Assembly: GCA_045837725.1 (NCBI GenBank)
Contig: JBEWZL010000109.1
Span: 62,001 to 126,000, forward strand
DNA from: Vermamoeba vermiformis
Taxonomy: Eukaryota
Length of the DNA stretch: 64,000 bases
Direction of reading: 5' to 3'
The notes below the pieces were generated by a model. It saw nothing but the letters and a program-made list of their open reading frames with translations, had not been told where the DNA came from and searched no databases. The translations under genes were made by a program, and so were the position numbers. Shown here one piece after another: positions 49,051 to 62,634 of the stretch. How positions within the stretch are numbered: position 1 is the first letter of the stretch; each line of letters begins with the position of its first letter.

Positions 49051-50883
49051 ATGCAGTCGTTTGTAAAGAACTCCCTGTTTGCTCTGTGGTCCAAGAATGC
49101 TTCGCCATCGATAAAATCAAATTTGATAGACCATTCAAACACGCATAAAGATATTGTAAGGCTCGAGGACTCGGCTGAGACTTCTCTTGGACCAAATCTG
49201 CCTGTAAATTTGACATCCAGGTACAAACAAGAGTTTTGCGAGGTGAAAAAATTGGGCAAAGGTAATTAGATTTTTTAGTAATTAAAATGAATTACTAATT
49301 GAATATCAAAAGGCGGCTTCGGATCTGTTTTTCAATGTCGGTAAGTTCATTAAGTTCAGTCCAAGAAAACTCGTTTATTGACTATCTAATAACAAGGAAC
49401 TTCCTCGATGGGACTGACTATGCTATTAAGAAGATTATACTAGGCTATTTCTCGAATAATGAAGTCAAAAGAATGCAAAATGGTGGTTCGATCCAGTTGT
49501 ACGCGGATCCAAAAACAAGCGTCGTATGTTTTTTGCCCTTTTAATATCCATAATATTCTAATGCTAAATATCATTTTCAGAAACTACGCGAAGCAAGAAT
49601 AATGTCTCTAATGAAGCACAGAAATATTGTCCGATATCACCAAGGTAGATCCAGCCTTGAGACTAAGCACTAAACCAGGTTCTAATAAATATCATACTAT
49701 AGCGTGGCTAGAATTTGAAGAGATTCCCACAGCGAAAGAGCTCGCGGAAGAAGATGAAGATGATTCCGGCGAAATCATCGAATCACATCCGCAACGCGAA
49801 CTAGACTCCGCGGAGGATGAGTCGAGTGTGAGGAGTTATAGCTACAACAATAGTATCAATAGCGAGTATTTTAACGACATGAGCGGGTTGAAGCCTTCAA
49901 GGAATTCAGTTTGGTCAAATCCACCACTTACGAACGACTTCGTTTCAAAATATCAGCTGACACTAGTAAGTTGTCAAATATATATTTATGGACCTCAGTA
50001 CTTATATGGTATTTAGTTCATTCAAATGCAACTCTGTCCGCAGTACACAATGAGTGAATGGTTACAAAAAAGAGCAGCGGTAGATCCGCAAGAGAACTTG
50101 GAGATATTGCATCAGTTATTATTAGGCGTGGAGCATATACATCGCAAAGGATTTATTCATCGCGATCTCAAGCCTGCAAATGTGTTTATCACGTTTAACA
50201 ATAGACGTGTCAAGGTTAAGATTGGTGACTTTGGCCTGTCAAAACAACTGATTGAGGACCAGTCGACGAGTGACGCACAAACAGCGCGTGCCGAGAGACG
50301 AAAAACAATTGCAAAGTCATTAGAAATTGAGAATTCTTTGGCGGAGTTGAATGATTCAAACACGCTGGCTCGCATGAGTACCAAGTCCTCACCTGATCAA
50401 CACGCTGCGCATACAGCTGGCGTGGGCACGTACTTGTATACTAGCCCTGGTGAGTACCTATTCCTATTTCTGATATTAGTTGATGTCTGTTTGTTGACAC
50501 GTGTCACTTCAGAGGTGTTGAAGAGCAGTCAGTACGATCAAAGTGCGGACATATTCTCAGTGGGCATCATCTTGCTAGAGCTCTACAACAAGTTCCAAAC
50601 TGACATGGAGCGTGCTGTGTCAATTGTAAATCTGCGCGACAAGTGTCAAGTGCCCTCATTGATGCACCAGCACTACGCAGCTGAGAGTGCGCTCGTGCTC
50701 GAAATGACGCACCCTCTGCCGCACTCGAGACCTTCGGCTAAAGAACTATTGAGTCACCCGATATTCGCGTCAATGAACGTCAATAAAGACGACACAATCA
50801 AGCAACAAGACGAGATCATCAAACAACTGCAACGACAGCTGTCAATGATGCAAGCTAATAATCCCAGCACTGAACAACACTGA
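49051..50883 (+). CDS. eIF2-alpha kinase (HRI/PERK/GCN2-type catalytic domain with kinase insert); 5' end unresolved
   Basis: SRYKQEF, LGKGGFGSV, DYAIKKI, acidic insert, LFIQMQLC, IHRDLKPANVF, IGDFGL, HTAGVGTYLYTSPE, TDMER. Confidence 0.88.
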
Positions 50884-50949
50884 GCAGTGTAATTGTAAAA
50901 AATGTAAAATAAAAACGGAAATCCATCGCAAATTCAAAATTTATTGTCT

Positions 50950-52082
50950 TTAGACAGATCCGCTCTTCGGCTCAAATTCACTCGGCTCATTGATGATAGG
51001 CCTAGTCTCATCGAGGATTTCCTCGTGATGACTGCCCGTGCACCGCTCGAGGCCAAAGATTTCAAAGTAGTACAAGTAGGCCAGACCCACCAAGTCAATT
51101 GCCAGCGACACCAGCTTGATGAGCTCGTACACTTCTCCTGGTGAAAATCCGCGGTGGTGCGAATAGACAAAGATTTCGAGTGCTGTCAGAATGCCGAGTG
51201 GAATAGCTGCACAGAGGACGTCAATGGACAAAAAGGCTTCAATGTACTGAATGCTGTACTCGACTTGATTCGTGATCTTTTTGTGCTTCACTGCGCTGAT
51301 AATAATCTTCACGAGCAATACCACACGCATTACGGCCATGACGAGCTTCCACGCGATGATCATTACAATTGCCAATAAGCCATCTCCGTGGCCAGTGCTA
51401 GTTTTCTTCTTGCCACTCTTTATACGCTCTGCTGCTTCTTGTTTAGTTTCCAAGCCCATTGCAGTGTAGAAGATGATTATGCCAGGCAGACCTGTCGCGA
51501 GCGTAATGATTAATCGGCTCAGGAATAAATTCCTCTCGATCTCGTTTTCAAAATCCATTCCAACGTTTTTAGTAATATACATGACCAATATTTTGCCTAG
51601 TATCCATACATCTGCTGCCAAGTCCGCTAAGCTGCCTAAATTAATTAGGAACAGCAGGATGATCCACAAAATTGGAACGTGGTGTTTAATGACGCCAAAG
51701 AGAAAGCAAAGCGGGATTAATACGCTAATAGCGATAATCCAAACAGCTGACTCGATTAAAAAAGGTAAGCTGATTATTGCCATGAACACAATCAGCACTT
51801 TGGATGCGCGAGTGAAACCGCGCCATGTGTCTCCTAATCCTCTCCTAAATTTGATGAAGTCTGCATCCAATGCTTTGTGTCATTTGATGTGTTGGCGATT
51901 GAAACTACCAGCAATATCCGAAGGGATAAAAAGCGTCCTCCGAATTTCGTTTTCCCGTTTTTTTTCACATTTAACTGTCACTACGGGAAAAAAGCAACCC
52001 AAAAAAGAACCACCACGCAAAGGAAAAAAAAAGGACAAGCGTTTGTGGTTGTGAGGTAGGGGGGAAGAGGGGGGCCCAGCCA
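50950..52082 (-). CDS. Multi-pass membrane protein of unknown family; 5' part lies in suspect sequence with an in-frame TGA at 51880-51882
   Basis: 306-aa ORF with about 6-7 hydrophobic segments; the same frame is open upstream of a single TGA. Confidence 0.6.
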
Positions 52083-52579
52083 TGAGTAAAGGAGATGTTT
52101 CAGTAGGGGGAGGGGGGGGAGCGTTGAGGATTTTGTTAAATATGTATAGTATCAAAATATAAAATATCAAAAGTCCGACGAAGATATACCGTTTTGATTC
52201 GGAGTAATATAGTTTATAATATTTGGCCCCCGCCCGGAGTCAAAAAATGCAGAAAATTAAAATTTTCTGTGTTTTTTTTTTGTTATCAATAAAATTTTTA
52301 ACGCGGGGCGGCGGCGTTTCCTCGTTTTCCAGCCCCTTTCTGCCATGGTCCTGTTTGTAGTTGATTTAAAGGAAAAATTGCTTTTATTTTTGCCTTTTCC
52401 GAAAAAAGTAGGTGCCGATTTTGCTTTTAAAGGCTCATTTTTTTCCCGTAGTGGTTCTGGGCCACTTTCCGTGTCATAACAATACGTATCGTGTCTTATA
52501 CGGCTAGCCAAAGTAGCTATTTATTATCAAATCCAATAACTATTTACAAATTTAAACAGCGCTAATCAAAAATATATTT

Positions 52580-54270
52580 TTACAATTCTTCAATCATTGC
52601 GTCCTCAGGCACTCCATTGTTATTGTTAGTATTATTAGTATTGTCGTGCTTATTCTTGTTTTTCTTCGAGCTCTTGGTCAAGATCTGCTCCTCTTCCTCC
52701 TCCTCTTCGTCAACGAGATTAGGGACTTGCTTATTATCGGAGACACCGCGCTGCGATACTTCAATCTTCAGCAAGGCACGCACAGCTGTGAAATGATAGT
52801 TAAGGAATCAGAGGGTCATAGTCAAGGTACATTAAGTGCCACAAAAGCGTGTTGCAAAAAAAAAGGATACGTCCACGACAGATCGGACACTTGTTGGACT
52901 GATAACGCAACGTCTCTGCGCACTCATTGCAGAGGCACAAGTGACGACACGGGATCACGACTGAGTTGCGCGGGGCACTCAGACAAATAACACATTCTTC
53001 CGCGGGGTTCGTGTTGCCGAACTTGAGCTGTTCAATGCCGTAAATGTCGTGCACTACGTAGAAGGCGCCGTTGTACTGCACGATGAATTTGACAGTTAGT
53101 GACACGAAGTTCACGCTCGCACAGCTGTTACGTACCAAGATCTTTTGTTTGTACACTTTCAAGTCGACGTTGTTCTCGCCTGCCTTGACAATGCTCGCGT
53201 ACGTGATTTGCGTTGTGATCTTTTTCTCTTTGTTGTTCTCGGCGGCTATTAATAGACTCGTGAGTATACTGCCGTTTCAGGTACCAGTGTCACTTACGGT
53301 GTGTCGCTTCAATGAGCAGCACAACTGGGTGAATTTCTTCGTCGGCTTTGAAAGACCAGTCCTCCTCCTTGAACTGCGTCAAGTCCAAGTGATTGACAGC
53401 GGTGGTCGTGTACGTTTGGTTCAGTCCGCGGGGTTGTGGCTGTTTCGACTGCTCTTGCACGTCTAACATGGAGCGGTACCTTTATGAGGTCATACACGCG
53501 TTAATTTATGTCACATACGCCATGACACGAGTCACGGTATTAATTCCGGTATATTAAATTCAAATAATCTTATATTTCAAACTTACGATACTGATTTTCT
53601 GTCTTGATCCAAGATCTCCTTCGCCAAATAAAATATGCGAATAACGCATTCTTCTGTACAATCAAAATTGAAGGAAATATTATATACACCTAAATGAATA
53701 TGATCATTAGCGCATGTATGAAATTAACTCCGTTTGATGACGAATTGTTGGAAAGGGATCGATCTGGTACTCTGCGCATGTATTCGGGCAATTACCTTTT
53801 TCTTCCGTTGCGGTTAATTTAATAGTATTTTTGTGAATATTGACAGGGGATTTGATGCTAACAGTGTGGTTTAAAGGCGGAGTTAGATTTTGAAGGGTTT
53901 GGAGCGGCGCTTGCAAAACGCTCAAATCTGTTTGTATAATATTATAATTAATTTATAATCATTATAATTATTTTTCGGGTCATTATACTGCTAATAATAA
54001 TTGCAAATAATTATTCAATTTCGGATGTGTCACGCGCTTACTTGGAATAAAATCGTCTTCGCTGACTCTATCTGTGCCTAAGAAGAATTGGGGACCGAAT
54101 ATAAAATTAATATTGGGCTGATTTTCGTCCGCGCTCTGTCTATTCGGTTGTGGGACTGCAGGTGGACCTTGCTCGAGATCATTGTCCTCTTGCGGGTCTT
54201 GATTGGAGTCTGTATGGTGCAAGGGATCACCCTCTTGCGGGGATACATATTCACTTTGTCTGTTGCCCAT
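52580..54270 (-). CDS. MGRN1: MGRN1/RNF157/LOG2-like RING E3 ligase
   Basis: MGNRQS myristoylation motif, SIKSPVNIHKNTIKL, KVYKQKI, VHDIYGIE, ECVICLSAPRNSVVIPCRHLCLCNECAETLRYQSNKCPICR. Confidence 0.88.
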
Positions 54271-54427
54271 TCGTGTGTTTCAGGTCCGATCAGAAAAATA
54301 AATGCAATTTTACGATTTGTGCAAATAAACTACCACGGGCACGTGTCTTGTGAATATATTATATACCCCTAAAATAGCTGCATGTAACATACGGTATGCA
54401 CAGGTGTAAAAGTAACAGTTGAGGAGT

Positions 54428-57400
54428 TTATTTCTTGGCAGTCTTGGCGAGTACTTGCCAGAGCTGGTTCATCTCCGCTGAATCTTGTTTGCGACGCGCA
54501 ACATAGCGCACAGTGTTGTTGAGCCACGCTTGATCGAACTGCGACTTGTCGACAAAGTTGAGCAAGTTGTTCACGAGACCTAGGATCTTCGGTGTGACAT
54601 TGGTGAGGACAATGGCGTGATTGATGAACTCGAGGGTGACACGTGCCAATTTACTCCTCACGGCAGGGTCGTTGACTTGCTTCAACTTGCCGAGCACTTC
54701 GAGGGTCTCGCGGATGACTGAGTCAGTGAGCTCTTGCATCTCTTTCTTAAAGTCTGTAGTGCCGCCGAACAGCTCGTCATTGCCCTCGACCTTGGGGTAG
54801 TGATACGGCAACTTGCGCTGTGCCTGTGCCGCGAGATAGGACAGAATGGCAATGTTGATTTCAGCGCGTGCTGAGCTAGTCAAGTCCCATTGATACTCGC
54901 CGAGGACTTTGCGCAGACCATTCACCAAGTAAAAAGCACCGATCTCAGGGTGACCGGGCATAGCGACCAAGCCTGAAATGAAGTACTTGACGAAGTTGAC
55001 CAGATCTGCCTCGGTAGCTTTTTGTTTCTTGTTCTCAGCTTCAATGAACTGCGGTACCTCTTGAATGAGTGTGATCGCAGCTTTGAACATCGATTCAGCT
55101 TGCGGCAAGGATTGGTTAACTGAAGCGAATATTAGACACGTGCTTGATGAATAATACACGCTCTACATACCCAAAGCAGCTTGTCCAGCCAACATGTACA
55201 AATACAACCGCTCGAAAGCATCGTCAAGTGAAGGGATTGAGATGTATGCATAAGCAATGCAAGCCTATTGGGAGGATTAATAAGGATTTATTTACGTGCT
55301 AAGCAGCGCCGAATACTTACGCGAACAAAAGACGAGGTCTCCTTAGTGTGCTTGCCCTTGACAATCTTCAGTGTGGTAACGGCGAGACTGCACACGCACT
55401 TGGCCAAGTAACTCTTAACTGCATCTAAATTGACAAAAGAGCTGCGGCATTCGCTGTAAAAGTTGAGTTGTTTCTCAACATCACGGCCAAAGTTGACCTG
55501 TAATGCCAAAGTTAGTATCATATTATATCTGCCTAGTGTCACGTACCTTTGAAATGAATGAATTGATCAACCGTGAAATTTGTCGAACATCGTCAGCAAA
55601 GCTCAGGGCGTTGATAGAGTTGTGCACAACTTTAGCGAGACCAAACATCGTGTTGATGGTGATAGTGTCTGAGACAGGTTCCTTGAGCTTGGCGAATGTC
55701 TCGAGGATGGCCTTGTTGACTTCAATTTGAGTGCTGCCGCGGAACAAATCGAGGAGCGGAATGAAGTTGTCCATGGCAAACAACTTGTTGAAGTCCATGT
55801 AATAGGACAAGATCTTTTGCACGATAGATTGAAGCTGTTGTTGAACTTCGGTGAACTTTCTGTCGACATTGAGGTGCTTGATAATGTCACCCAACAAAAT
55901 GTTTGTTTCTCTCGGCTGTGCGAATGTTAGAACAGAAGTACAAAGGAGTCAATAAGTACGTACCGAGAGGTGCTTGAGAGGGAACTCGATGAATACTTCA
56001 GCTACGGAGATGTAAGGCGTGATTTCCTCCATCTTCGTGACATCTTTCCACACTTCATTCAAAATCTTCAAGCGCACATCTTCTGCTGGTGTGCCGAGTG
56101 TCAAGTTCACACCGAGTGTGCGGTACAATTCGTGCTACACATTGTTAGTAATGCACCAAAGTCATGTGCACAGCGATTGAACTTACGCGAGGGAATGTCT
56201 CAACGTCAGCCTGTTTGATAAATTCAATAATGTTCGTGGCATTGGCGCAAATGTACCGAGGAGGGAACTCAGCGAGAATGGCGTTGAGCAGAATGCCGTT
56301 CTTGCTCTCTTTGTACTTGTCCAAAATTTGTTTCAACAACGACTCGGGGGCTTTGAATGCGAGGCAATGCAACAGCCAATCGAGTGCCGGTGTGAACAAG
56401 TCCAAGTACTGCAACTTGGTCAATCCTCGGCGTGAAATTTCTTTCTGCATCTTCTCAGTATCGAATGTCTAAAAAACCGGTATTAGCCAGTGTCATGTTT
56501 GCACTTAGTGACTTACGCTTTGATACATCATCAGGTCTTGGAAGGCAGTGTTCAAGTGCACTTTGAAGTTTGGTTCGACTTCTTGAGCCTTTCTGGCGAT
56601 GTAAGCTTGAGCAAATGTGGCAGCCAGAGGGTCAGCTGAGTTAACATTAGCAACGTTGTGTTATAATGAATAGCGTTGTGCTTACCAATGCCGCGAACCA
56701 TTCGACTCAACTTCTTAATCGTGTCTTGATACACATCATTTTCAATGAATCTGTAGCAGCTCAACAATGCAGCCTCGCAATAACTAAATAACAATTAGTA
56801 TTACTGCATGGTAACATCTAGCCAATGATAAGTGACGTACATTCGAGGCACGAGCTCTCTGATCGAATAAATCTTGTAAAACCAGTTCTTGCACAATTCT
56901 TTCGCTCCATCACCAACATCTTCAGCACGGAAATTCTCTGAGCATAGTAGTGTTAGACGCCATTCAAGTCCATTACATTGATAGACGCGTGTTCGTACCT
57001 TTCAAGGGAATAGGTGTGTCACCGTCGTAAATCGTTGATCTCTTGCGCAAACGATCGAACACCAAACGACCGAAGGTGTCTAAAATCTCAGTGATCAACA
57101 CGAACTTGCTCGGGAAGAATTGAGGCACTTCAACAGTGTCGCCCAACATTTTTGAGAGCTAAAAATGTCACGTTAGTGACACGTGATACTTCGACGGGAG
57201 CGGGTCCAAAGTGCTATTTTGACACGTTGTATGCGCGTACCTTGATGGCAGTTTTCAATGACTTGACACGCTTTTCAGTCTCCCACGTCTCAATCAAATC
57301 CTTGTGGAAGTTATCAATGCCCTTCACGTAATCAGCTTGCGTCACTTTCAACATTTTTGTTTCCTCGTCATCTTGATCCAATTGTTCCAGACGATGTTTG

Positions 57401-58135
57401 ACCTTATCGACCGGCATATTAACTATTACATAATTTTTAGCAATTATTTTTGATAGAATGAAGTTAAGATTGCCGATCAGAGTTTTCGTACGAAATTTTT
57501 TAATGCAATTTGAAATTAAGTATAATTACCTTTAGGAGCAACATCTTCTACGAAAGCACTAAATTTAATTAATTAAGGAAAATTTAATTGTAATGGAAAG
57601 ATACGGCGTTGCGTAATTACCAAATAATTAAATATCTGGTAATGTAAATTAATATTATAATAAAGGATACGGAATAATAATCTGCTCAGTAGTGGTGTAT
57701 TTTTGTAAAATAGGTGCCTTTCTCGATGACCAAGGTGAGAAGAAATTTTCGGGATCTTGATTCGTTTCATAAGGGTCAATTGGACGTGTTTGTGCTGCAA
57801 TACTAGGTGATGATGGAATTTTTGTGAGTGGATTTTCTATAGAACTGGACGCTCTTAATGGATCTGAAGCTCGCAAAGGATCAACAACAGTTGATGGAGC
57901 AATAGTGCGAGGTTGTGGTGCAGCAACTGCTTTGGGCAGCGCAGGGCCTGTGAATCGCAATGGATTTTGATCAATAGGCACTGCTGCTGAGCGCATTACA
58001 AGCTCTTGAGCTTCTTTGTCGTAATCCCGACTGCGCGGAACCCTTTTACAACATGTTAATATCTACTCGTGACATGTATAACTATATTATATAGTCTATC
58101 ATTTGTACGTACCACTCGTACGTTGTCTCGCTCAT
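54428..58135 (-). CDS. VPS35L: Retriever complex subunit VPS35L (C16orf62-like)
   Basis: DPL repeats, [78 protein letters not shown]. Confidence 0.92.
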
Positions 58136-58225
58136 TGTTGACTTTGATAAACTAAATTTCATTTTTTTGACTCTTCTATTACACTGCCACAAGGAGCAAC
58201 AGTAATTAATAGTATACTATTCATT

Positions 58226-59374
58226 ATGTTACAAAGATCATTTGCAAGCATATTACGCCGAGTACCAAGAACTGGATTGTCGTTCAAGGTAAAAATTACC
58301 CTGGATCTATTGAAGCGGGTTTTGAAAAATTAATTGAAACACAATAATGATGAATATATTAGACAAGTACATCGGCGACATTATTTTCAACGGCGAAAAA
58401 TAAAACAAAAATCGTGGATCGCAAAAACACTTCGATCACTTCTTTCAGCAATACATGCCAAGCGAGAATAGCGACAAGATTATACACTACCGACAAACAA
58501 ACGCCTGAAAACTCCATAGATCATATTGAAAAGGAAACAATAGAAGCTGCTGGTCAGCTCGATCACGAATCCATGGTGGAGTTCAATGGTGAGCTTACTC
58601 ATAATTATATTCTCGCCTATTAACAACTGTATTCAGATTTAACTAACTGGGTGCAACATTTCTATGCAAATAAGAACGAAGCCAATGAGTTATTCAGAAA
58701 CATCGTGAAGATCATGGCCAACAACCAGTACTCGACTTTTAAATCGTTCTTGCACGGCTCACTTATAGGAGTGCTATTAGCGGCCATGTGCGAGAAGGGT
58801 GAGAACTTCCCGGGCTGGAAGAAAGTGCGCGACAACTTTGACAAGATTCCTAAAGACACGCAAGCTGCTTTTTACGCCGCAGCCAAGCTGAATGAACAAC
58901 TGTTTGAGGGCATTCCAGACAAGGCGCGTGTCACGTTCAATGCAGTGCTTAATCTCGACACAATCTCGCTGCCTTTGCACATCAGGATACAGCTCAACAA
59001 GGGCTTCTTTTTCTACACTGGCGACACGTTGTTTTTGGATCGCATGATGGACTATTATCAGGACTGGATGGCAGAGGCCACGAAGAACAAAGGCACAGTG
59101 GCCAAGTCGAGTGAAGAGGCTATGGATGACTCGCAATTCACCGTCGCGGATGTACTTCACGATCTGGAGCTGACTTCAGTACGTCATATTGTTAATCATA
59201 CTAGACACTGTTCTAACCGCACTATAGTATTCTTTAGTCTCCGACCACCCACACATTCGCAAGTTTATGTTCAAGGTTATTGAAGACCCCGAGATCCACC
59301 AAGCACTTCGCGACGTAGTAGAAGAACAAATGAAAACGGCCGCGCAACACTTGAACGAGATGGGCAAAGAGTAG
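58226..59374 (+). CDS. Hypothetical protein with mitochondrial presequence-like N-terminus
   Basis: MLQRSFASILRRVPRTGLSFK; four phase-compatible exons; no family recognised. Confidence 0.65.
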
Positions 59375-59617
59375 TATATAGAATGTCAATAAATATACTT
59401 TTTTTGCTGTACGTCAATCTGTTGACAGCCATAGCATTTTGCGACAGAATTTAGCCCAAAATTATCAATTACACGAGTGATTTACTCGGTGTCTAATTAT
59501 TTATTTATTATACTTGTAGAGCACTTGTAGATATATTTATATGTATCGTAATCAGAAGCTGTTCTGATTTGTAAATCTACCCAACGCCCGATCAATTGAA
59601 AAGATCAAATAATCTAA

Positions 59618-62576
59618 ATGGAAAAGAATAAAGATGCTCTCACCAAATTGGTGGTAAGTTTTACGTACTATTGAGATTGATAATCATTGTAATTGTAGTA
59701 ATATTTTCGTTTTTTAATTAATTTTTTAACCGGTCCCTTAATTAGGAGAGCCAATTATTCAAAGGAGAAGAACTAAAATATCAATTAAGCAATGTAAAAA
59801 TACAAACTGAATTCCACGGCGAAACAGCTGGCCGTCTATTTATTACCAATTATCAATGTATATTTGTCGAAGACGAAATACCCCACGTAAGTCAAACAAT
59901 CGCAGCTTAATTATGCTAAAGCACATTTAATAAAATTAGGATAAATATGAATTCCATTTTCTTTACTTAAATTTGCACGAACAGCTCCGAAAATTAATTT
60001 TAGATCTACTTTTCAAATAACATAAATAATTGCAATTATAGTCAGAATCTAATATTATTGTACAATATAGCATTTTACTAGTGTCCATTTACACTCAATA
60101 CACCGCGTTAAAAAGACATCAAAATCAAAAGCCCCAGACGGCACGGGCGGTGTCGACATTGTTTGCAAAGATTTTAGACGCGTGTCACTGCGTTTGCCAA
60201 ACACACCACGAGGATCACGCAAAGCAGTCGTGGAAGAGCTTTCAAAGTACGCCTTCCCGCCACTGTCAAGACTGTTTGCGTACAGCTTTGAAGAGGACCT
60301 TGGCGAGACGAATGGCTGGAAGTTGTACGACGCAGAGCAAGAATACGCTCGTTTAGGACTCGACCGCGACAATTGGAAGTTGACCGCGATCAATGACGGT
60401 CACAAGTTTGCTGACACTTACCCCGAGAAGTACGTCCAAGGCGCGTCCGTCGTAACTCAATACTAACATTCGTTTGCTTAGAATCTCGATCCCTGCTTCT
60501 GTCACTGACGATAAGATGAAAGAAGCTGCTAAATTTAGAACTCATTGCAGAGTACGTCGTGATCATTGAAACTCTGATCCAGATTTTTTACTGACACTTT
60601 CGACAGATGATCGCTACAGTATGGAAGCACCCTAAGAACAACGTGCGTAATCGATACTATGTTTATATTGACACTGGGTACTAATGTACTTGCAGGCCAC
60701 GATCAGTCGCAGCAGTCAGCCCCGAAGAGGTCTGACAGGTCGCAGATCACAGCCCGACGAGAATCTGCTCGATGCCATTGCAAAGCTGAACACGAACACT
60801 GACACGATGTACATTTTGGACTCGCGCCCTAAGATCAATGCCACAGCCAACGCATTGACTGGCGGTGGTTACGAGAGCACCAAATCTTATTTAAATACCA
60901 TCAGAGAATTTGCCAAGATTGTACGTACATTCTTTTGTAAAAGAAGTGAACTAATATAATGCCTTTATTAGGAAAACATTCACGACATGCGATACAGCGC
61001 TAAGAAGTTGTTCCGCGTTTGTGAAAAATTCACGACGGATCTAGTGAAGAACCAACCAAAGACCACCAGCAACACTGCGAATACAAATGAGACCGCGGCC
61101 AATGTTGAAGACAATGCTAACAACCAAACAGTCGAGGCCACGAACTGGTGGGCTGAACTGCAAGCAACCAAGTGGCTCGATCATATTCGCGCCATTCTCG
61201 CTGCAGCCAATCGAATCACAGAGCTGCTCGATAAAGAACAAGCCTCGGTGCTCGTTCACTGTTCGGACGGATGGGATCGCACAGCTCAAATGGTACGCGG
61301 TGTCATTGAAACTTAGTCGACAAGCTCTAACGTTTGGCACTTAGACTGCCCTCGGAGAGTTGATGTTAGACCCGTACTACAGAACTATTTCAGGCTTCGC
61401 TCAGCTCATTGAAAAAGAGTGGGCCAGCTTTGGCCACAGATTCGCCATTCGCGGTGGTCACGACGTGAACATGGGCAACTTCAAGTGAGTTAACACGTAC
61501 TATTATTATTGCGAATATCCTTCTAACCTCTACCGCAGGGACAAAGAGCGCAGTCCGGTCTTTTTGCAGTTCATTGACTGCGTGTGGCAGTTGACCGAAC
61601 AGTACCCCGTTGATTTCGAATTCAACTCGCACTTCTTAGTGACGATCATGGACCACTTCTTCGACAGCATGTTTGGCACCTTCTTGGGCAACTGTGACTT
61701 GGAGCGTAAGAAGTTGAAAGTGCCCGAGAAGACTGTCTCTTTGTGGACATTGGTGCTCAATCAGCCCGACATCTTCGCGTAAGTCGACCTACTCATATGT
61801 CTTCTTGTCTAACTCTCGTGCAGCAACAAGAAATACAGTCCTGAAAATCACGTCTTGTACGCGAACGTCAGCAAGGCAAAGATTCGTTTGTGGGAGTCGT
61901 TCTATTTGCGATGGCGAGTGTTAGATTTGCACGGCGTTGTGTTGTCGCTCGAAGACAATTTGAAGAGCTACAACCTCGGCACCAACAAGTACTGGAGCGA
62001 GAAGTACCGCACGACCATTGGCGATGAAGTGCCGATGATTATCTTGGGCGATGAAAGTCACCCTGACGGCCAAGACGACGAAATGATCCGCGTGGAGAGC
62101 TCAGCCAACTTGAAGAAGAGTCTCAGTACCAAGCGTGTTGCTCCCAATGGCAGTGGACAAGATGAGCGTCCACGCATTGCAACTACAATGGGTGACGACA
62201 GCGAGGACGGTACTCGCAGTGCAGACAACACGGAATCTGACTCTGAATCATCGGACTCGTCTGATCGCCCTAAGAAAAAGAAGAATGCCGTGAGTGGCAC
62301 GAGCAGTCCAGCGCAGAGTCCTACAGGCCGTGGCGGGTAAGTTCATCTTCATGACCTGTATGAGCGCAACTGCTAACATTCATCAGCAAAAATCGCAGTC
62401 AAAGCACTATGGACCCTCCTGGCAATCGCCCCACTGCAGACGCCAAGTTAAGGACATCAGACACCGTTAGTCCTCGAGAAAAGAACAATAACAATAACAC
62501 GAACTCCATCACCGACGACACGAAGCAAGATGTGCCCAGCATAGTGATCGACTCTGAGAATAAAACTGACAACTAA
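59618..62576 (+). CDS. Myotubularin-family phosphoinositide 3-phosphatase, active site intact
   Basis: GRLFITNY (GRAM), [63 protein letters not shown]. Confidence 0.95.
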
Positions 62577-62634
62577 ACAGTTGTTTTCAAATCAAAGTCA
62601 GCGATGTACAGCTTAAAATACAATTTTTATTGGG

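Noticed and set aside
52688-52702. 15-nt match between the hairpin arm (AGGAGGAAGAGGAGC) and the MGRN1-like poly-Glu codons, as a possible small-RNA target
   Set aside because: Low-complexity purine tract, too short to be meaningful.
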